Positions 11,478-25,308 of a stretch of DNA of 57,827 bases are shown here, piece after piece. A model generated the notes under the pieces. The model did not search any database. It was not told where the DNA came from and saw nothing but the letters and a program-made list of their open reading frames with translations. The stretch is from Oopsacas minuta (taxonomy: Eukaryota > Animalia > Porifera), in assembly GCA_024704765.1 (NCBI GenBank), contig JAKMXF010000010.1, positions 1 through 57,827 on the forward strand. The letters are read 5' to 3'. Positions within the stretch are counted from its first letter, which is position 1. Each line of letters begins with the position of its first letter. Both the position numbers and the translations under genes were made by a program.

Positions 11478-11534
11478 ACTATAGTATATATTAATTATAT
11501 GTGCATGTGTGTCATATATATATATATATATATA

Positions 11535-12075
11535 TACGAGGCTTTAGTCGTCGCTTCGCGATGAACTCGACGCATTGCGCCTCACGGTATCCATTTTTCT
11601 CCAAATGACGGCCCGTTTGAGTATTTTAATATAGATATATTTAACACAATGTAATTCACAAACATACGTATATGACATATATGTTATTGAAGTATTTTTA
11701 TGATCAAGCCCCTTTTTAGCTGTTGAGGGACGTATCTACCCAAATTTTGAGATTTGGCTAATTTGTTTACTTTATTTTCATAAAAACAACAATAAATTTA
11801 TATATGATTATTCCAAAAGTGTGAAAATCGGATTCATCATGTTCGCTATATTTAGTGAAGTTTTATTGAATTTTATTTACTTCTTTGAATTCAACACAAT
11901 AAATACATAATTATGCGACAATTTAAAAATTGCATACCGTAAATCCTTGTCTTGACAACGGACAAACAAACAGACAATAAACAAACAAATAAACAAACAA
12001 ATAAACAAACAAATAAACAAACAAACAAACAAACAATAAACAAACAAACAAACAACAATTGAGATTTACAAATAT
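11535..12075 (-). mobile_element. Dispersed repeat, tentatively non-autonomous Helitron/Helentron-like, with an internal (CAAA)n microsatellite
   Basis: Reverse complement of the family at 26010-26590, 41455-41890, 41950-42330 and 46880-47125; no TIR or TSD; ends in gcgaagcgacgagccaaaggctcg with a short hairpin. Confidence 0.5.
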
Positions 12076-12555
12076 AGATGTATTTATTGTTGTCTAATTC
12101 CTATATAATTTTCACTGTCGTTTCACAACGCTTTCAAATCATCACATGATGTTACCCCACCCCTAGCAACACTATTTTCCCATCAACTCGTAAACGCAAT
12201 TGTTCAGACTCAGATACTCCCGGGTCTCCCTCCCAACCCTACACCACACCCAAATCAAGGGCCTCCGGTACTGCTTCCAACAGTTCTGACCTTCCGTCAC
12301 TGAAGGTACAGAAGCTGGTTATGGAGCACCTGCTGCTGCAAAACTCGGCACGGGAGAGGGGACAAACTAGGCACAGGGGGCTGTCCCCCTCGTGATTTCC
12401 TTATAATTACTTTAGTGTATTAAATAGCTCCACTAAAACGGGTATAAAATGTGTGATCCCGAACTTGAATATTCATAACTACAGAACTGCGTAGGGATTG
12501 AGAAATAATTAGAGGTAGAAGTTAGCTGCGAAAATTACAGTTCAAATCAGCTGTA

Positions 12556-13854
12556 CAGGGTAGGGTGTTCAATAAGTTCGTGGAAAAGTATATTTAGAGT
12601 AAGGAGTACTAAATGTTAGATTTAGCTATCCATTTATCAATCATATATTTATTGATTTGCTTAAACTTTGTGATACAAGCAGCTATATTCAGAGCAATAA
12701 TCAGATCTTTCCGCCAGTTGTTTGAAAAATAATGAATTTTGAGAACTTAGAGCATCGAGCAGTCATTAAATTTCTCTGTATAAAAGGACTAAGCGCTACT
12801 GAAGCGTTCAAAGAGATGAAAGATGTCCTCAAAGACAATGCCCCTAGTCAATCTATGGTTGCAAAATGGCATGCAGAATTCAAACGTGGAAGAAGAAGTA
12901 TTACAGATGGCCCTCGCTCAGGAAGACCCACATTTTCTCTCCATCCAGCAACAATCCAATCTATTGGTGGTATGATAGAGAACGATCACTGTATATCGAT
13001 CAGAAATATAGCTAATAGGGTAGATTTATCAATTGGAACTATTCATTTGATCATTCATGACCATCTTGGGCTCAAGAAATACAAAGCAAAGTGGATACCA
13101 AAAACCTTATCTGAAGATCAAATGATGGCTAGACTGGAAACTAGCAAAAGCATGGTTGATTTGTATATGTCTGACCCAGAAGATTCCATGCGAGACTGAT
13201 TACAGAAGATGAAACCTGGATATACTACCATGACCCTTGCACTGTTAGCGGGGCTGCGGAATGGAGGCATGAAGATTCTCCAAAGCCCATAGTACCCCGA
13301 CTTGGTCACTGTCCAAAGTCTAAGTCAAAGCTGATGCTATCAATATTCTGGGATTCTAAGGGACCATTACTATTAGATTATCTTCCAAAAATTCGACGGT
13401 GACTGGAGCATATTATGCCAATCTAATGACGAGGTTACGCGAATCTTTAAAGAGGAATAGGCGAGGAATGCTAAAATAATCCCACTCATTTTACATGGTA
13501 GTGCTCATCCCATAAAGTCACATTGCACAGGAGGCAATAAAAGATTGTGGCTTTAAACAGGTTCAACACCCACCATACAGTCCTGATGTAGCTCCCAGTG
13601 ATTATTATCTATTTCCAATTGCCAAGCAAGCACTTCGCGCAAATATTTTTGGCGATGACGATGCATTAGAATCGGGTTTTGAAGACTGGTTAGACACTAA
13701 AGACAAAATGTTATTTCATCATGGCATAGAAAAGCTGAAAGATAAGTGGCTTAGATGTATTCTATTACAAGGGGATTATGTTGAAAATTAAACTCTAGCC
13801 ATTGCTATACAAAACGTCTGTATACTAATTTCCACGAACTTATTGAACACCCTG
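12556..13854 (+). mobile_element. Mariner (DD34D) element 1, full length, transposase frameshifted
   Basis: TIR cagggtgttcaataagttcgtggaaa at both ends (left has a 5-bp duplication), TA TSD; HTH ORF 12732-13199, then EDETW, WVPK-like WIPKTL and HPPYSPDVAPSDYYLF in other frames. Confidence 0.93.
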
Positions 13855-14246
13855 TATCAGAGACTCCTTAAATAGAAGGACTAGTATCTCCTATGCTCGG
13901 GGCCTGGAACTTGGGTCCCATCATATCTTGGGTTGTACACATGCTTAGACCTTCATCTTGGTGTCTAACATGGGGTTTTGAGGGACAAGGAATTAATTTT
14001 TTATACTTTTGACCATCTAAAAGGTCATTTGAAGGTTAAAACACTCAAAATAGCAGGAATTTATCTAAAATTTTGTGTATTCTTCTAATCAAATGCAGGG
14101 TAACGAGACAAACACAGTCAAAATGGTATACATTGTGATTATATAAGTCAAAATGACTGTTTAAATGCTAAAATTAGCACGAATGAATTAATAAGGTCAG
14201 TATACAAAGCAAACAAAAGGCAAAAATTGCATGTATACACGGATAT

Positions 14247-17052
14247 CACTGTGAACAGGGATATTACTACAACTTAGTTTTGAGATGAGAGTTTTTCCTT
14301 CCTTCTCAAACAGCCAAATTGTCTTTCTTTATCACTATTATCAAGCACAAGGGACTTCAAAAGTATGTTTGACAAAGTAACACATGCTCCTTGAATAATA
14401 GACATTGCACTGTCAATACGAGATAAGGCTTGGCTGAGGTGAGCTCGACAGCAGTGTAAATTGCAATTAACAAACAGTTTGTAGGCTGAATGAACGAAAT
14501 GAACGAAATGAACAGTTGAGATTAGAGGTACAGTTAGTCCACCCCTATTTAAATTAGTGAGAAACTCCGAATCAGTTAGATTGTTAGCATCATCTTCAGC
14601 TTCGGCCGTTGAAATATTAGTTCGGAATTTTCGTTCCAAATATCCAGCGATAAATATTACTTTATGTTTGATTGTGTCATTACTTTGAACAAGATCTTCA
14701 GTCTCTAAAATAGTGATATCAAATTGATCTTCTTCTATGTGAATGCTACAAGTGCAAGGTACGTCACTATGAGGCTGTGGGGTCGAATCGTATTTCAAAA
14801 GTGCGCGAAGATTCTTGGTTTCTGCAGCTGCCTTGATGTCAACAACGTCTATATAGAAATTTCCTGCACTGCGTTGTCTGGCTTGGCCAAAAACTTCTCT
14901 AGAGCTTCATCCGCGAACACTCCAGGCAATACATAACTGAAGTTGTGGTGTGTCAACAACAACTCTGCTGCATGGACATTTGCTCTTGTAGACAGTACAA
15001 ATGCATATGCAGTCTGCTTTGTGAGTTTCTGTGTCGACCCTGTCCACCTGGCCATGCACAAGACGATATGACATCACAAGTTTCATCGAGTTTTTGAAAC
15101 TTGTGCAATTCTTGGTCCACGGTTGACGACACTCATCACGCGTATTTATACTAGAAAACCTGTCTTTGACATTCATCATATGGAACCAGTCAGTGATGAG
15201 TTTAACAAAAATAATGGTCCCTTCACTAATACTGAGCATATATTTTAAAGTTGAAAGAGCAGCAACAGTTTTGTCATTGAATATCTGACAAACAAAAGGC
15301 ACACTTTGTCTTTGCAAAGGCTTGGGATACACAGCTGTGTATGTAATCTTGGTCAAACGGATGCCGTTCTTCCTGTCTTCAATGTAAAGTGCTTCTATGT
15401 CTTTCCAACGTGCTATGTGTGATTTACCATCTTTTGTGAATGCGAGTTCCTTATGAGGCACAGTTATCCAGTTATTCCTAATGTTTTTGAATAAATGGAC
15501 ATAGTCATAAACGAGAAAAGCGTGAGAGTTTAAGATGTCTATAAACCCTCTACCAGCTCCACCTAATTTAGCATAGACTGAGACATTTGTATTGCAATTG
15601 TCACATATACAAGAAATTGTAGTGCCACCAGCATTGCTAACTGCTGCGTGAGCTTCGAGTAATATACCCTTGAGTTGACCTGAATTGAGTTTCGCGACAG
15701 GATGAATGCGTAGAATATATTTAGCAACCTCGATCACTAAAGCATGTGTTGCGAGAACTTCAGCGTCACCAGATCTATTTTGAGCATAACCAACAACATG
15801 ACCACCAGAGTACCTAAGTGTTTCTGTTAGCTTCACCTCATCAAATAAAATGTTTACAAGACGCTGCTGGGGTTGAAGCTCTTGAAGAAGTTGCCTCAAG
15901 TTTTCATCATGTAGACTATTAGAAAGAAGTTTCTTCAACAGTTGTACTCGAGGTAATGCAATAGCACCAGATTTTCGTAGCATTCTATACGCAGCTGGCG
16001 AAATGTTATGAAGTTCAGCAAAACGACGGGCTTTTGGTGCAGTAAGTAATAACCCGAGCTGAGCATACAAGAATTGATAATGGGGAAGTTCAGAGCAACA
16101 CATACGACCCAATTCCTCAAGGGCATTTTTCACTTAGTCTGTGTCTTTGAATTCGTACTCTGGAATACTCGTTAAAATGCTATTGAATTGTGACCATTTG
16201 CTGATGAGGCTATTCTTCTGTAGGAAACCAGATTTGGAAAAATACGATTTGGGTATTTCCTTTCCATTTTTCTCAACACATTTAAGGAATCAAAATCCAA
16301 ATGGTGATTTCACAAGTTGTAAATGTAGAAACTGGACGACTGAACGTCCTTGTGCGTCAGTTTTGGACATGTAAACATCATCACCATCATGAATAATAAG
16401 ATGATTTTGGAGAGAGGCTGTTGGATGACTGTACAAAAAGAATCAAAGTCACCAATTTGATCAAGAGCGTTAGTTCTAAGGTCTTCATTTCTGGCACGTA
16501 CTTCTGCCGAAGAACTTGTACTCCTAGGGGTTGAAGAGGCTTGCTTTAAACAGGACTTTGGGACACCAGGAAAAATGGATGGAGGTTGGCTAGGTCGTTT
16601 ACCACCTTTAACTGTGACCCATTCACAGTCAAAATGATGATAACAAGCATATATTTGGCTGAGTTGTAACAGACTGGAGCGTTCATTTGGCATAGCATCA
16701 ATCCAACCATCTCGCTCATCTTCATCACTTGGAAATTGTACTACTTTTGTTTATGGTTCACACCTGTAATTTCCACGACATCCAAGTACGTTACGCTTCT
16801 TAGGCATTATAAAGTAAATACCAACACCACCTTTAAAATGCAGTTTTAAATTGGATGATTCCCAGCACCAGAAATGCTAGTAAAGCTACAATACAAACCT
16901 GAAAAAAAAACATAATACAGCAGCATGAGCTACGGACAGCGTCAGGTGACGCTAGGTGACGCCAGGTGACGCCAGGAGCGGCGATAAAGCGAAAGCTTTC
17001 CATGACCTGTCATGTTTATTACGCAATGACGTCATTGCGTCATGATACAGTG
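14247..17052 (-). mobile_element. P-element-superfamily (THAP + P-type transposase) element, degenerate
   Basis: THAP region from ATG 16807 (YACYHHFDC..PSIFPGVP; first Cys mutated, in-frame TAA); transposase LFDEVKL, YDYVHLFKNIRNNW, SYVLPGVFADEALEKF; C-terminal ORF 14274-14798. Ends share only cactgt/acagtg and no TSD was found, so the limits are approximate. Confidence 0.85.
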
Positions 17053-17253
17053 GGGCCCAAGTTCAGTAATCTAAGATTGCCAGATACTAGTCCTTCTATT
17101 TATGGAGTCTATGCCCTGTATGTAAAATGTATTGGGTTAATTCAAAATGAAAAAATGAAAAATATTAACTCATCATCGCTAGTACTGTAGGGTAGTCCTC
17201 CTACAAACATTTTCGATCGGTCGTTTATAAATGGTCTCGATTTGTACAAACCA

Positions 17254-17532
17254 TAGAATTATCACTTAATTCATATCCAAGTTCTAAAGAAGTACATAAC
17301 ATATCTATGCAGAAATCGTTTCCACTTATGAACGGTATCTTGGGGGCCTGAAGGAATGTGAAACACTGCAACATCAGTATGATCATGCTAGTATCCAGTG
17401 GTATATTAGTGGTGTTGCTGTGTTTCACATTCCTTCAGGCCCCCAAGATACCGTTCATAAGTGGAAACGATTTCTGCATAGATATGTTATGTACTTCTTT
17501 AGAACTTGGATATGAATTAAGTGATAATTCTA
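17254..17532. repeat. Long palindrome: 113-bp perfect arms, 53-nt loop, derived from a THAP coding segment
   Basis: 17254-17366 is the exact reverse complement of 17420-17532; the right arm reads VFHIPSGPQDTVHKWKRFLHR. Confidence 0.95.
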
Positions 17533-18493
17533 CGATTGAGGATTAATTTATCATTACGTAATTATGAATTATATTATAGATCTTCACACAATGAAAACAT
17601 TTTGGTTTCTGCTAAGCACTTTGATTCTGATGATATAGTTGACACGCAAACTCATCTTAAAATTGATGGTCAAACGAAGATACGATCAATAAAGGCTACA
17701 TTGAAGAAATGTCCAATTCCTAAATATCTTCCTGGTTACCCTGATCGTCTTAAAGATCACGCTATTAAATATCCAAGGCTTGATAGAGACCATTAGATCA
17801 TGATTACAGATCCAAGTATGTCAAGTTGTGTCAAATATTCGACTTGTAGTATTATATGTTTTATGGTATTGTACTATATAGGCAACTAAACAGTGCGTTG
17901 ATGGATATGAAGAAGAGCAGAGGAAATTCATCGTCTCTAGTTGATGTATTTGAGGAAGAGCAGAGGAAATTCATCGTCTCTAGTTGATGTATTTGAGGAA
18001 GAGCAGAGGAAATTCATCGTCTCTAGTTGATGTATTTGAGGAAGAGCAGAGGAAATTCTTCGTCTCTAGTTGATATATTTGAGGAAGAGCAGAGGAAATT
18101 CTTCGTCTCTAGTTGATATATTTGAGGAAGAGCAGAGGAAATTCATCATCTATAGTTTCGATGACATGAACACTAAATAATGTGACGTAGAGATCCCCCA
18201 ACAATGGGAAGTTTGGAATATGGCTGATGTAATTAGCATCGTCCATCTGACAACAAGAGTTATTTTCTGTACAAGATAGTTTCAAGCATTGCTCTACCAA
18301 AACTTGTAGAATATATGACTGGAGAATGTGGATTCTCTTATGCATTATCATCTTTTATGACAAATAATCCATTTGAACACCATTTTGGAGTACTTACACA
18401 GATGTCAGGGTCAAACTATGATTTTTCTGTATGTCAAGTACTAGAAAGTAAAAGGGGTACTAAACTGGCCGAATATACTCAATTTCTATCATA
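17400..18493 (+). pseudogene. Second, internally deleted THAP/P-type transposase remnant
   Basis: THAP pieces GVAVFHIP..KWKRFLHR and VSAKHFD..LKKCPIP; C-terminal catalytic-E region GFSY.LSSF.TNNPFEHHFGVLTQMSGSNY (open as ORF 36030-36305 in the duplicate). Confidence 0.7.
17912..18150 (+). repeat. 43-bp minisatellite, about 5.5 units
   Basis: Unit gaagagcagaggaaattcatcgtctctagttgatgtatttgag starting at 17912, 17955, 17998, 18041, 18084, 18127. Confidence 0.95.
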
Positions 18494-18589
18494 GGAAAAA
18501 TTGTGATCGTAGAGATAGAGGCTTCTTTATAGAATTTATCAGTACATTTCGAATCAACAAGAATCTGGGTGGGGAGAGCCTACTATAAC

Positions 18590-19140
18590 AGACTGGTAGA
18601 ACTCCCTCAGAGACCTATGTGTTGAAGAATTTTTAGTCAATCCTCAACCAATTGGAGGGCCTGGGCATATTGTAGAATTTGATGAATCAAAGTTTGGACA
18701 TCGAAAGTATTAAAGAGGTCGTATGCTATCAGGTCAATGTGTATTTGGAGGGATAGATAGAGAAACAAAGGATACCTTTATGATACATGTTCAGGACAGG
18801 TTGGCTGCAACATCAATCCCTCTCATCCAGAGATATATTCTTCCGGGCACTACCATACTTTCTGACGAATGGGCTTCGTATAATTCTATCCCTGCTGCAA
18901 GTTTCAGCATCCCACCGTCAACCATAGTTTCAATTTTGTTGACCCTACTACAGGCGTACATACATAAACAGCTGAGAGTATATGGGGTGGTGCGGAGAAA
19001 CGGCTGACGAATTGCATGACTACTAACCCCATACTTTTAGATACTCACTTATCTGAAGTTTGTTGGCAGAAAGACTATGGACGAGGTAGTTTCTCCAACC
19101 TTATCATGGAAAATAAGGAAACAATATCCAGTTGTCTAAC
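18590..19140 (+). mobile_element. Merlin (IS1595/ISXO2-like DDE) transposase remnant
   Basis: IGGPGHIVEFDESKFGHRKY*RGR..VFGGIDRET..ILPGTTILSDEWASY..TVNHSFNFVDPTTGVHT..ESIW, with stops and frameshifts. Confidence 0.9.
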
Positions 19141-20259
19141 ATTTTTGATAGTTATCAGTAACCTATAATTAGTATCATACTTCTGCTTTGGTGTTTCTTT
19201 TGTAGCAGTACTTGTTATATTGTAGATTTGTAGTTAAAGTAGTAGATAGAAAGCTTAATACTAATTAGTTACTCCAAATATAACGACTACCCATAGTATT
19301 ATATCCAGCCATGGGATGTAATATATATATATAATATTCTGTCCACTATTATAAGTAGAAATCCATGAAAACTTTGTTCCAACATTACTAAGGCACCTGG
19401 AGAGAAGCTGGATCAGTAACTATGCGATTAAATAGTACATGAATTGTTTCTAACATTGATACGAACACAAACGAAAGATCAAAATTGGTTTGGCAAGGCC
19501 GGAGTAATACAAATTGAACTACGATTAAAGGAAACAGAATATATGCAAATATTGCGTCATATCGGGAATTCCATTAACTAGGTTCGAATTATCGAGGTCC
19601 CACAGTAGAAAATATTCAATGCAATGTTGCACTGTAGAATATTTAGTGTTGCTGACAGCTATCTTGTGACCTGCTTTCCTTTAAAGTAACAAGAAAATTA
19701 CCTGCAGTGAAATACACTGAATAGCAAACAAATGAGCATGAAAGAGTCGAGTAACACGCGTGTATAACCGCAATATCAACAGTATGCGCATTCCTATGGT
19801 AATTGTAATGTATAAATCAGTGAGTAATGCAATTCAAAGTTTATATTTTCCATTTTTGGTAACTACATAGTCGTGTTATTGTTTGTTGGAGAAAATGCTT
19901 ACTGTTGCTTCGCCATCTTCTGACTTTGACTCTGGGAATGAAGGTTATTATTATCGAAAATCGAAACCATTTGTAAAAGACCCATCGATCATTTTTGTCG
20001 GAGGACTACTCTACAGTACCAGTGATGGTGAGTTCATTTTTTTCATTTTTTCGTTTTGTAATTAACGCAATACATTTTTTATACAGCTGATTTGAACTGT
20101 AATTTTCACAGCTAACTTCTACCTCTAATTATTTCTTAATCCTTCATGCAGTTCTGTAGTTATGAATATTCAAGTTCTCGAATCAATCATAATTCCATCT
20201 TTAATCGCCTAATTATTCACAAAATATATTTAGAAAATATGAAAACAATTATTATTTCG

Positions 20260-20766
20260 ATAAGGACATATAAATAATATCCTGGTTTATCATCCCCGCC
20301 CCATTTAATCTCCCTCCTCGGCAATTTATTATTTTATTACATATCTTTATTTAATACTTATAATCGCAGATGAGCATCTTCGAAACAAGCTAATTATTTA
20401 ACACTAGCGCCCTTCGCTTGCTAGGCCGCTGAGCAGTGTGGCTAATCATGTGATTTTTCGAAAATCCTAAAAGGTGGAATGGCATCACATTTTCGTCAAG
20501 TGTGAATTTCGTCAAAGACTCAAACCTGTCCGAGTCAGGCCCAAATACGCCTCCCTGTCTGGCACATTCACCAGAATTTCATTTTACATTTAAAGCATAG
20601 AAAGATAGTTTGAGTGTTTTATGTGAACTGCGAATTATAATTCTCTCATATAATTGTACAATAATTCAGATTATAGAGAGGAAGTGAATATTAGTTTCCC
20701 ATATACAGTGTAAGCTTAATACGAACACCAACGTACCGTCCGTACGGTTAAAATTTATTCGCCTTA
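20260..20766 (-). mobile_element. Reverse, internally deleted copy of the aggccatgtaaaa MITE family
   Basis: Reverse complement of most of 24840-25308; ends taaggac... / ...gcctta. Confidence 0.75.
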
Positions 20767-21031
20767 TGATAACTTATTTGAATCAGGCGTCAACTCCGTC
20801 ATATGTCAACTGACTTTTATTCTACGGAATCTCTAGTTTGTGAATTGCACCAAAGTTATTCTGATTATTTTGTCGTGATTACCAACAGTATTTCTAATTA
20901 ACACAATCCTTCAATCGAGTTCAGTTAGTGAGTATACTTCCATAATAAGAATGAAATTATTGCAAGTTTTGCTTAGCACTTTTTATGGAAACTTTCCTCT
21001 TGCGAACTTCATATTGAGTTGCTTATGCTTA

Positions 21032-21124
21032 CAGTCAACTCCAGTTATATCGATTATCGAACATGGATATATATCGAAGTGATTATCGTGGTCACTTAAG
21101 CTTCGATATGCCAGGAGTCGACTG
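21032..21124. mobile_element. pogo/Tigger-like MITE (93 bp)
   Basis: TIRs cagtcaactcc / ggagtcgactg, TA TSD; a related half copy at about 28045-28098. Confidence 0.8.
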
Positions 21125-23360
21125 TATATTTTGCTACTTATTGCCCGCACAACACAATTAAATATTTGTTATATTGATTCATTACCGCGAATAATTAGCA
21201 AATCAGTCTGTTTGCCTGTTGCCAAGGAAAGGTCGTATTGTCAAACATAAATTTCATAATACGACCTTACTTTGGCAACTGACAAACAGACAATTGCAAT
21301 TCAATAATATAAAATAATTTTGAATATCAACAAACGATTGAACTAATAAATTTCTAATCAACAAATACGTATAATAGTGATGATAGCAGTAATTACACAT
21401 CAATCAAATTTATTACTTACTACTTACGTAATGGTCATTTTCAATCATCTTTATATTTGATAGAGGATTCGGTTTCGTCACATTTACAGATGCTGCATCA
21501 GTGGATCGCGTGTTGAATGGACATGAGAGAGAGCCAATAGTGCTTAACAGAAAGAAGGTATGTCCAATATATCTCATTATACTATTATAATTGGTAACTT
21601 TCGCGGGGTTTGTTTGTGGCAGAATATTTCGAATTCGACTGTTTTCAATCAGAATCCTTTTACATAAATTGTCCCACTTAGGTATACGAATTGATCCTTT
21701 AGCACATAAATCCAAGTATTTGGATCTCGTAAGGACCGTGTTACGTCACCAAAGTGAGATTACCTGGAATAATACTAGTAATAATTATGACAGATGAAAT
21801 TATAGAAAACGCGGTGAAGTTCATCATGCTAGTATATTATTATTAATCATTTTTGTTGTCCATTCATCGCTCCCAACTTTTGTCCCATTTATGTCGAGTT
21901 TTATTGTATTAATTGTTATTTAAGCTTATCTGCTTGTCTATGAAATGTAATAATTTTGATTGCATTAAATATGCTGGTATGTCACTGTATATTTCATCAT
22001 ACAATAAAAGCAAGCCGTTTGCAACCTTTATCATGCATCACATATGTTCATATTAATTCAGTTATTTGAGTGACGTTAATAGTTTCCTCAGGAATTTTGT
22101 TAATAATCTTAATTCTATTAAGAGATTATTATTAAGTTATAATTGTGTAATTTGAAACACACACAAAAGCAATTGAGTTATCTGTAGTGACGATTTATTC
22201 TTTTCCAATATTTATTTAGATTGACCCCAAGAGAGCAATCCCCGAGAAAATAACTGCTAGAAGAGTGAGTAATATAATGTATTAAATCTGTGTATATATA
22301 TAGTTAATCCTGCTTGAGTATATTATTTGGCTATAAACGCAGTCCCATATGTCATCCACTACCTATTCAGTTGCGTTGTGCTGCTTGAAATCTTGTGAGC
22401 TCAAGCTGAATGCCCCGTGATTTAGTTGGGGTCTAGGAGTAATGTAAGTAGAAATATTGTAGGTAATCAGTCCAACACCAATATTCTAGCCAATCTGGTC
22501 ATAATTGCCAGTTTCGGAAGTGACCGCAGGTACTGTATCATTTTTCCATAATATGATGTGAATCTTAAAGTGACTTTCCTGAGTTCTCAATCGAATTAGA
22601 GCACATAGAATTCATCTAAAATAGTTCCTATTTGAAATTCAAATACCAAATTTAATTGGTTTCTATTGGAACTCTAATATCACGTTACTATTATTCACAG
22701 TCTATTAGTTCTATTACGAATTTGAAATCACACCAATCATTTTTGCTATCCTAATTCAATTATTACGCAACTCACCAATTATTCACCACCCACCTTACTT
22801 ACTATTATCAATGTCAAACTCTAATCATAAGTTATACTACAGGAGTAGACCACCTGCATAGTCTAGACATTTTCGTCATTTTTACATCACTTGCTACGAT
22901 ACCATACTAGCATAGATCTTTCTGATTTCTATGTTTTGTTTACACTTAACACCATGTTCTAGAATATTCTTTGAGAGTTGTTTCCATATTGCATCATAGA
23001 TATATTGTTTACTAGTATAGTTGACCTTTATTTCATGTGTCGAACGAATTTTCATTTCCCTCCACGTTCTGCATAGCCAGTTATCTCGAACATGATTTCC
23101 CTGAGGTTTGAGAGATACCGGATGTCAACTGTATTTGTAAATACAGAAGTTTTGTAGAATGTAGATTTTGCATTTACTGCAGACCAAATTATTATTTTCT
23201 ATGAATAGCGGGTTTATCATTCTAAAGCAATTCAGTTTGAACAATCTGTAATCACTCACTTGACCTGATACAGAGCTATGCGAATCAGGGGATTATCTAA
23301 GAGCGCCGGACACTCCTTTAGAGCGTGATTTTTGATGATATTCTATTTAGGAGCGTAAAG

Positions 23361-23460
23361 ATCCCTATACCCAAACACTAATATACTGATTTTAATCCCT
23401 ATACCCAAACACTAATATACTGATTTTAATCCCTATACCCAAGTACTAATATACTGATTT
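23361..23460 (+). repeat. 34-bp tandem repeat x3
   Basis: atccctatacccaaacactaatatactgatttta repeated. Confidence 0.9.
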
Positions 23461-23740
23461 ATGCGTATGGAAATTCGGGAGGAGCTTCGATCGTGCTCGG
23501 AAACCTGTATATCCCCCTGATGCGAATCGTGTTAAATAGCTCGGCTAATCAGTCTGACTCCAAAATCGCGCTTAATCGAGTCAAAATGGCTTGATCCAAA
23601 AGTGAACCTACTTATTAAATTGAGTCTACTGTACATATATACATCTACACAATTGACTTGGCAAATTTTGTAAGTTTGTCCGATCTTAATTAATCATGGT
23701 AGAGATTGTTCGTATTAATTCTATGGTCCCCATGGATGTA

Positions 23741-23925
23741 CAGTCGACTCCGGTTAATCGGACCACTTGTTAATCGGACAATTCGGTTAATCGGACCATT
23801 TTCTCCTGGACGGAATCTAATCTAATCCAGGATTAATATTTAACATTTTTCGGTTAATCGGACACTCCGGATAATCGGACCACTTTACTCTGGACAAAAG
23901 TGGTCCGATTAACCGGAGTCGACTG
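23741..23925. mobile_element. pogo/Tigger-like MITE (185 bp)
   Basis: Perfect 28-bp TIR cagtcgactccggttaatcggaccactt, TA TSD, internal ggttaatcggac repeats. Confidence 0.93.
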
Positions 23926-24105
23926 TAGTCAACTAAATTAATCTCAGAATTTCATATAGAATGTTTTCGATACTATTCAGGTTGTGGCCAGGGGCGAATC
24001 ACTCGTTTTAAGACGACTACCCTTTCACCAAAAAATTACAGCAATACTCATTTGAAATATTTCTTGAATTATTTCAGCTATCATATTCAGCACTGTTAAT
24101 TAATA

Positions 24106-24302
24106 CCGTAAACTGGGGCTACTTTGGCCCAAATATCAAAGTATCAAAGCAACTAGATTAGATTCAGTATTATACTTGAATATGACTAGCCAATTTTCAA
24201 TGAATTTTCTAATATCGGTAGGCAATTTCTAGTACAAGTACAATATCTATTCGATACGTAAGCTAATTTCAATATTTGGGCTAAAGTAGCCCCAGTTTAG
24301 AG
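24106..24302. mobile_element. Tc1/mariner-type MITE
   Basis: TIRs ccgtaaactggggctactttggccc / gggctaaagtagccccagtttagag, TA TSD. Confidence 0.85.
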
Positions 24303-24619
24303 TAATCAATTTCTTGGATTACATAAATCTATTATTAGACATGTATTTTAGTGTAAATTAATTATTGCTTTGTTACCACTGTTTTGTCCATTACTATTCT
24401 GTTGTAAGAAATGCTGCAGTTTACTCAATTAATTTGATATTCTTTCTATATTTATTTAATTCACATTTAATAATTTTATTATTTTTCAAATGTTCGCGTA
24501 TGGAATATTCTGCTTGAATTCCGTGAATATTCATAAACAGCCTAACACATTAATATAATATAATAACATATGATGTGAGGCGCACTAAATTCCGAAACAA
24601 ACAAACAATCATTTACTTA

Positions 24620-25308
24620 AGGCCATGTAAAATACATTACTTGTTTCTCATCCATTTTTATCTGGGGAATAGGGGCGGGGGGGCGGCATTTTATTTTTAT
24701 TTTTTGCTTAGCGTCATTTTACTAATTTATTTAAACTATCTCGTTAATACGAATTTCTGATTAGACTAACAATGATGGTACATAATCAGGTCCCTACAAT
24801 CGTACTTCAAAGGATATTATTCCGGTTTATGAACTCTGGAAAGGTGATTAAATTTTATCCATACCGACGGTCCGTTGGTGTTCGTATTCAACTTACACTG
24901 TATATGGGAAACTAATATTCACTTCCTCTCTATAATCTGTATTATTGTACAATTTAAATAATAATAATAATAATTTAGTGCACACTCCGGGGCTGATTTT
25001 TTCCATACAGGGAGGGATATTTGGGTCTGACTCGGACAGGTTTGATTCTTAGACGAAAGTTCACACCTGACGAAATTATGATGCCATTGCCACCTTTTTG
25101 GATTTCCAAAAATCACATGATTAGCCACACTGCTCAGCGACCTAGCAAGCGAAGGGCGCTAGTGTTAAATACTTGGCTTGTTGCGAAGATGCTCATCTGC
25201 GATTATAAGTATTAAATAAAGATATGTAATAAAATAATAAATTGCCGAGGAGGGAGATTAAATGGGGCGGGCGGGGATGTTAGACAAGTATATTATTTTA
25301 TATGGCCT
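24620..25308 (+). mobile_element. Full-length aggccatgtaaaa MITE (about 690 bp)
   Basis: TIRs aggccatgtaaaat / attttatatggcct flanked by TA. Confidence 0.8.

Noticed and set aside
16200-16232. Second hammerhead candidate ctgatgaggc...gaaac (also 34027 and minus strand near 45105)
   Set aside because: No stem II closing pair and no stems I/III; the first two lie inside transposon sequence
17225-17546. Twin ORFs with identical peptides on opposite strands
   Set aside because: A consequence of the palindrome; the meaningful THAP frame is a different one
17912-18150. 43-bp repeat as a CRISPR array
   Set aside because: Head-to-tail units with no spacers
18590-19140. Bacterial IS1595 contamination or recent HGT
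   Set aside because: Degenerate and embedded among intron-containing animal genes; better explained as a eukaryotic Merlin element
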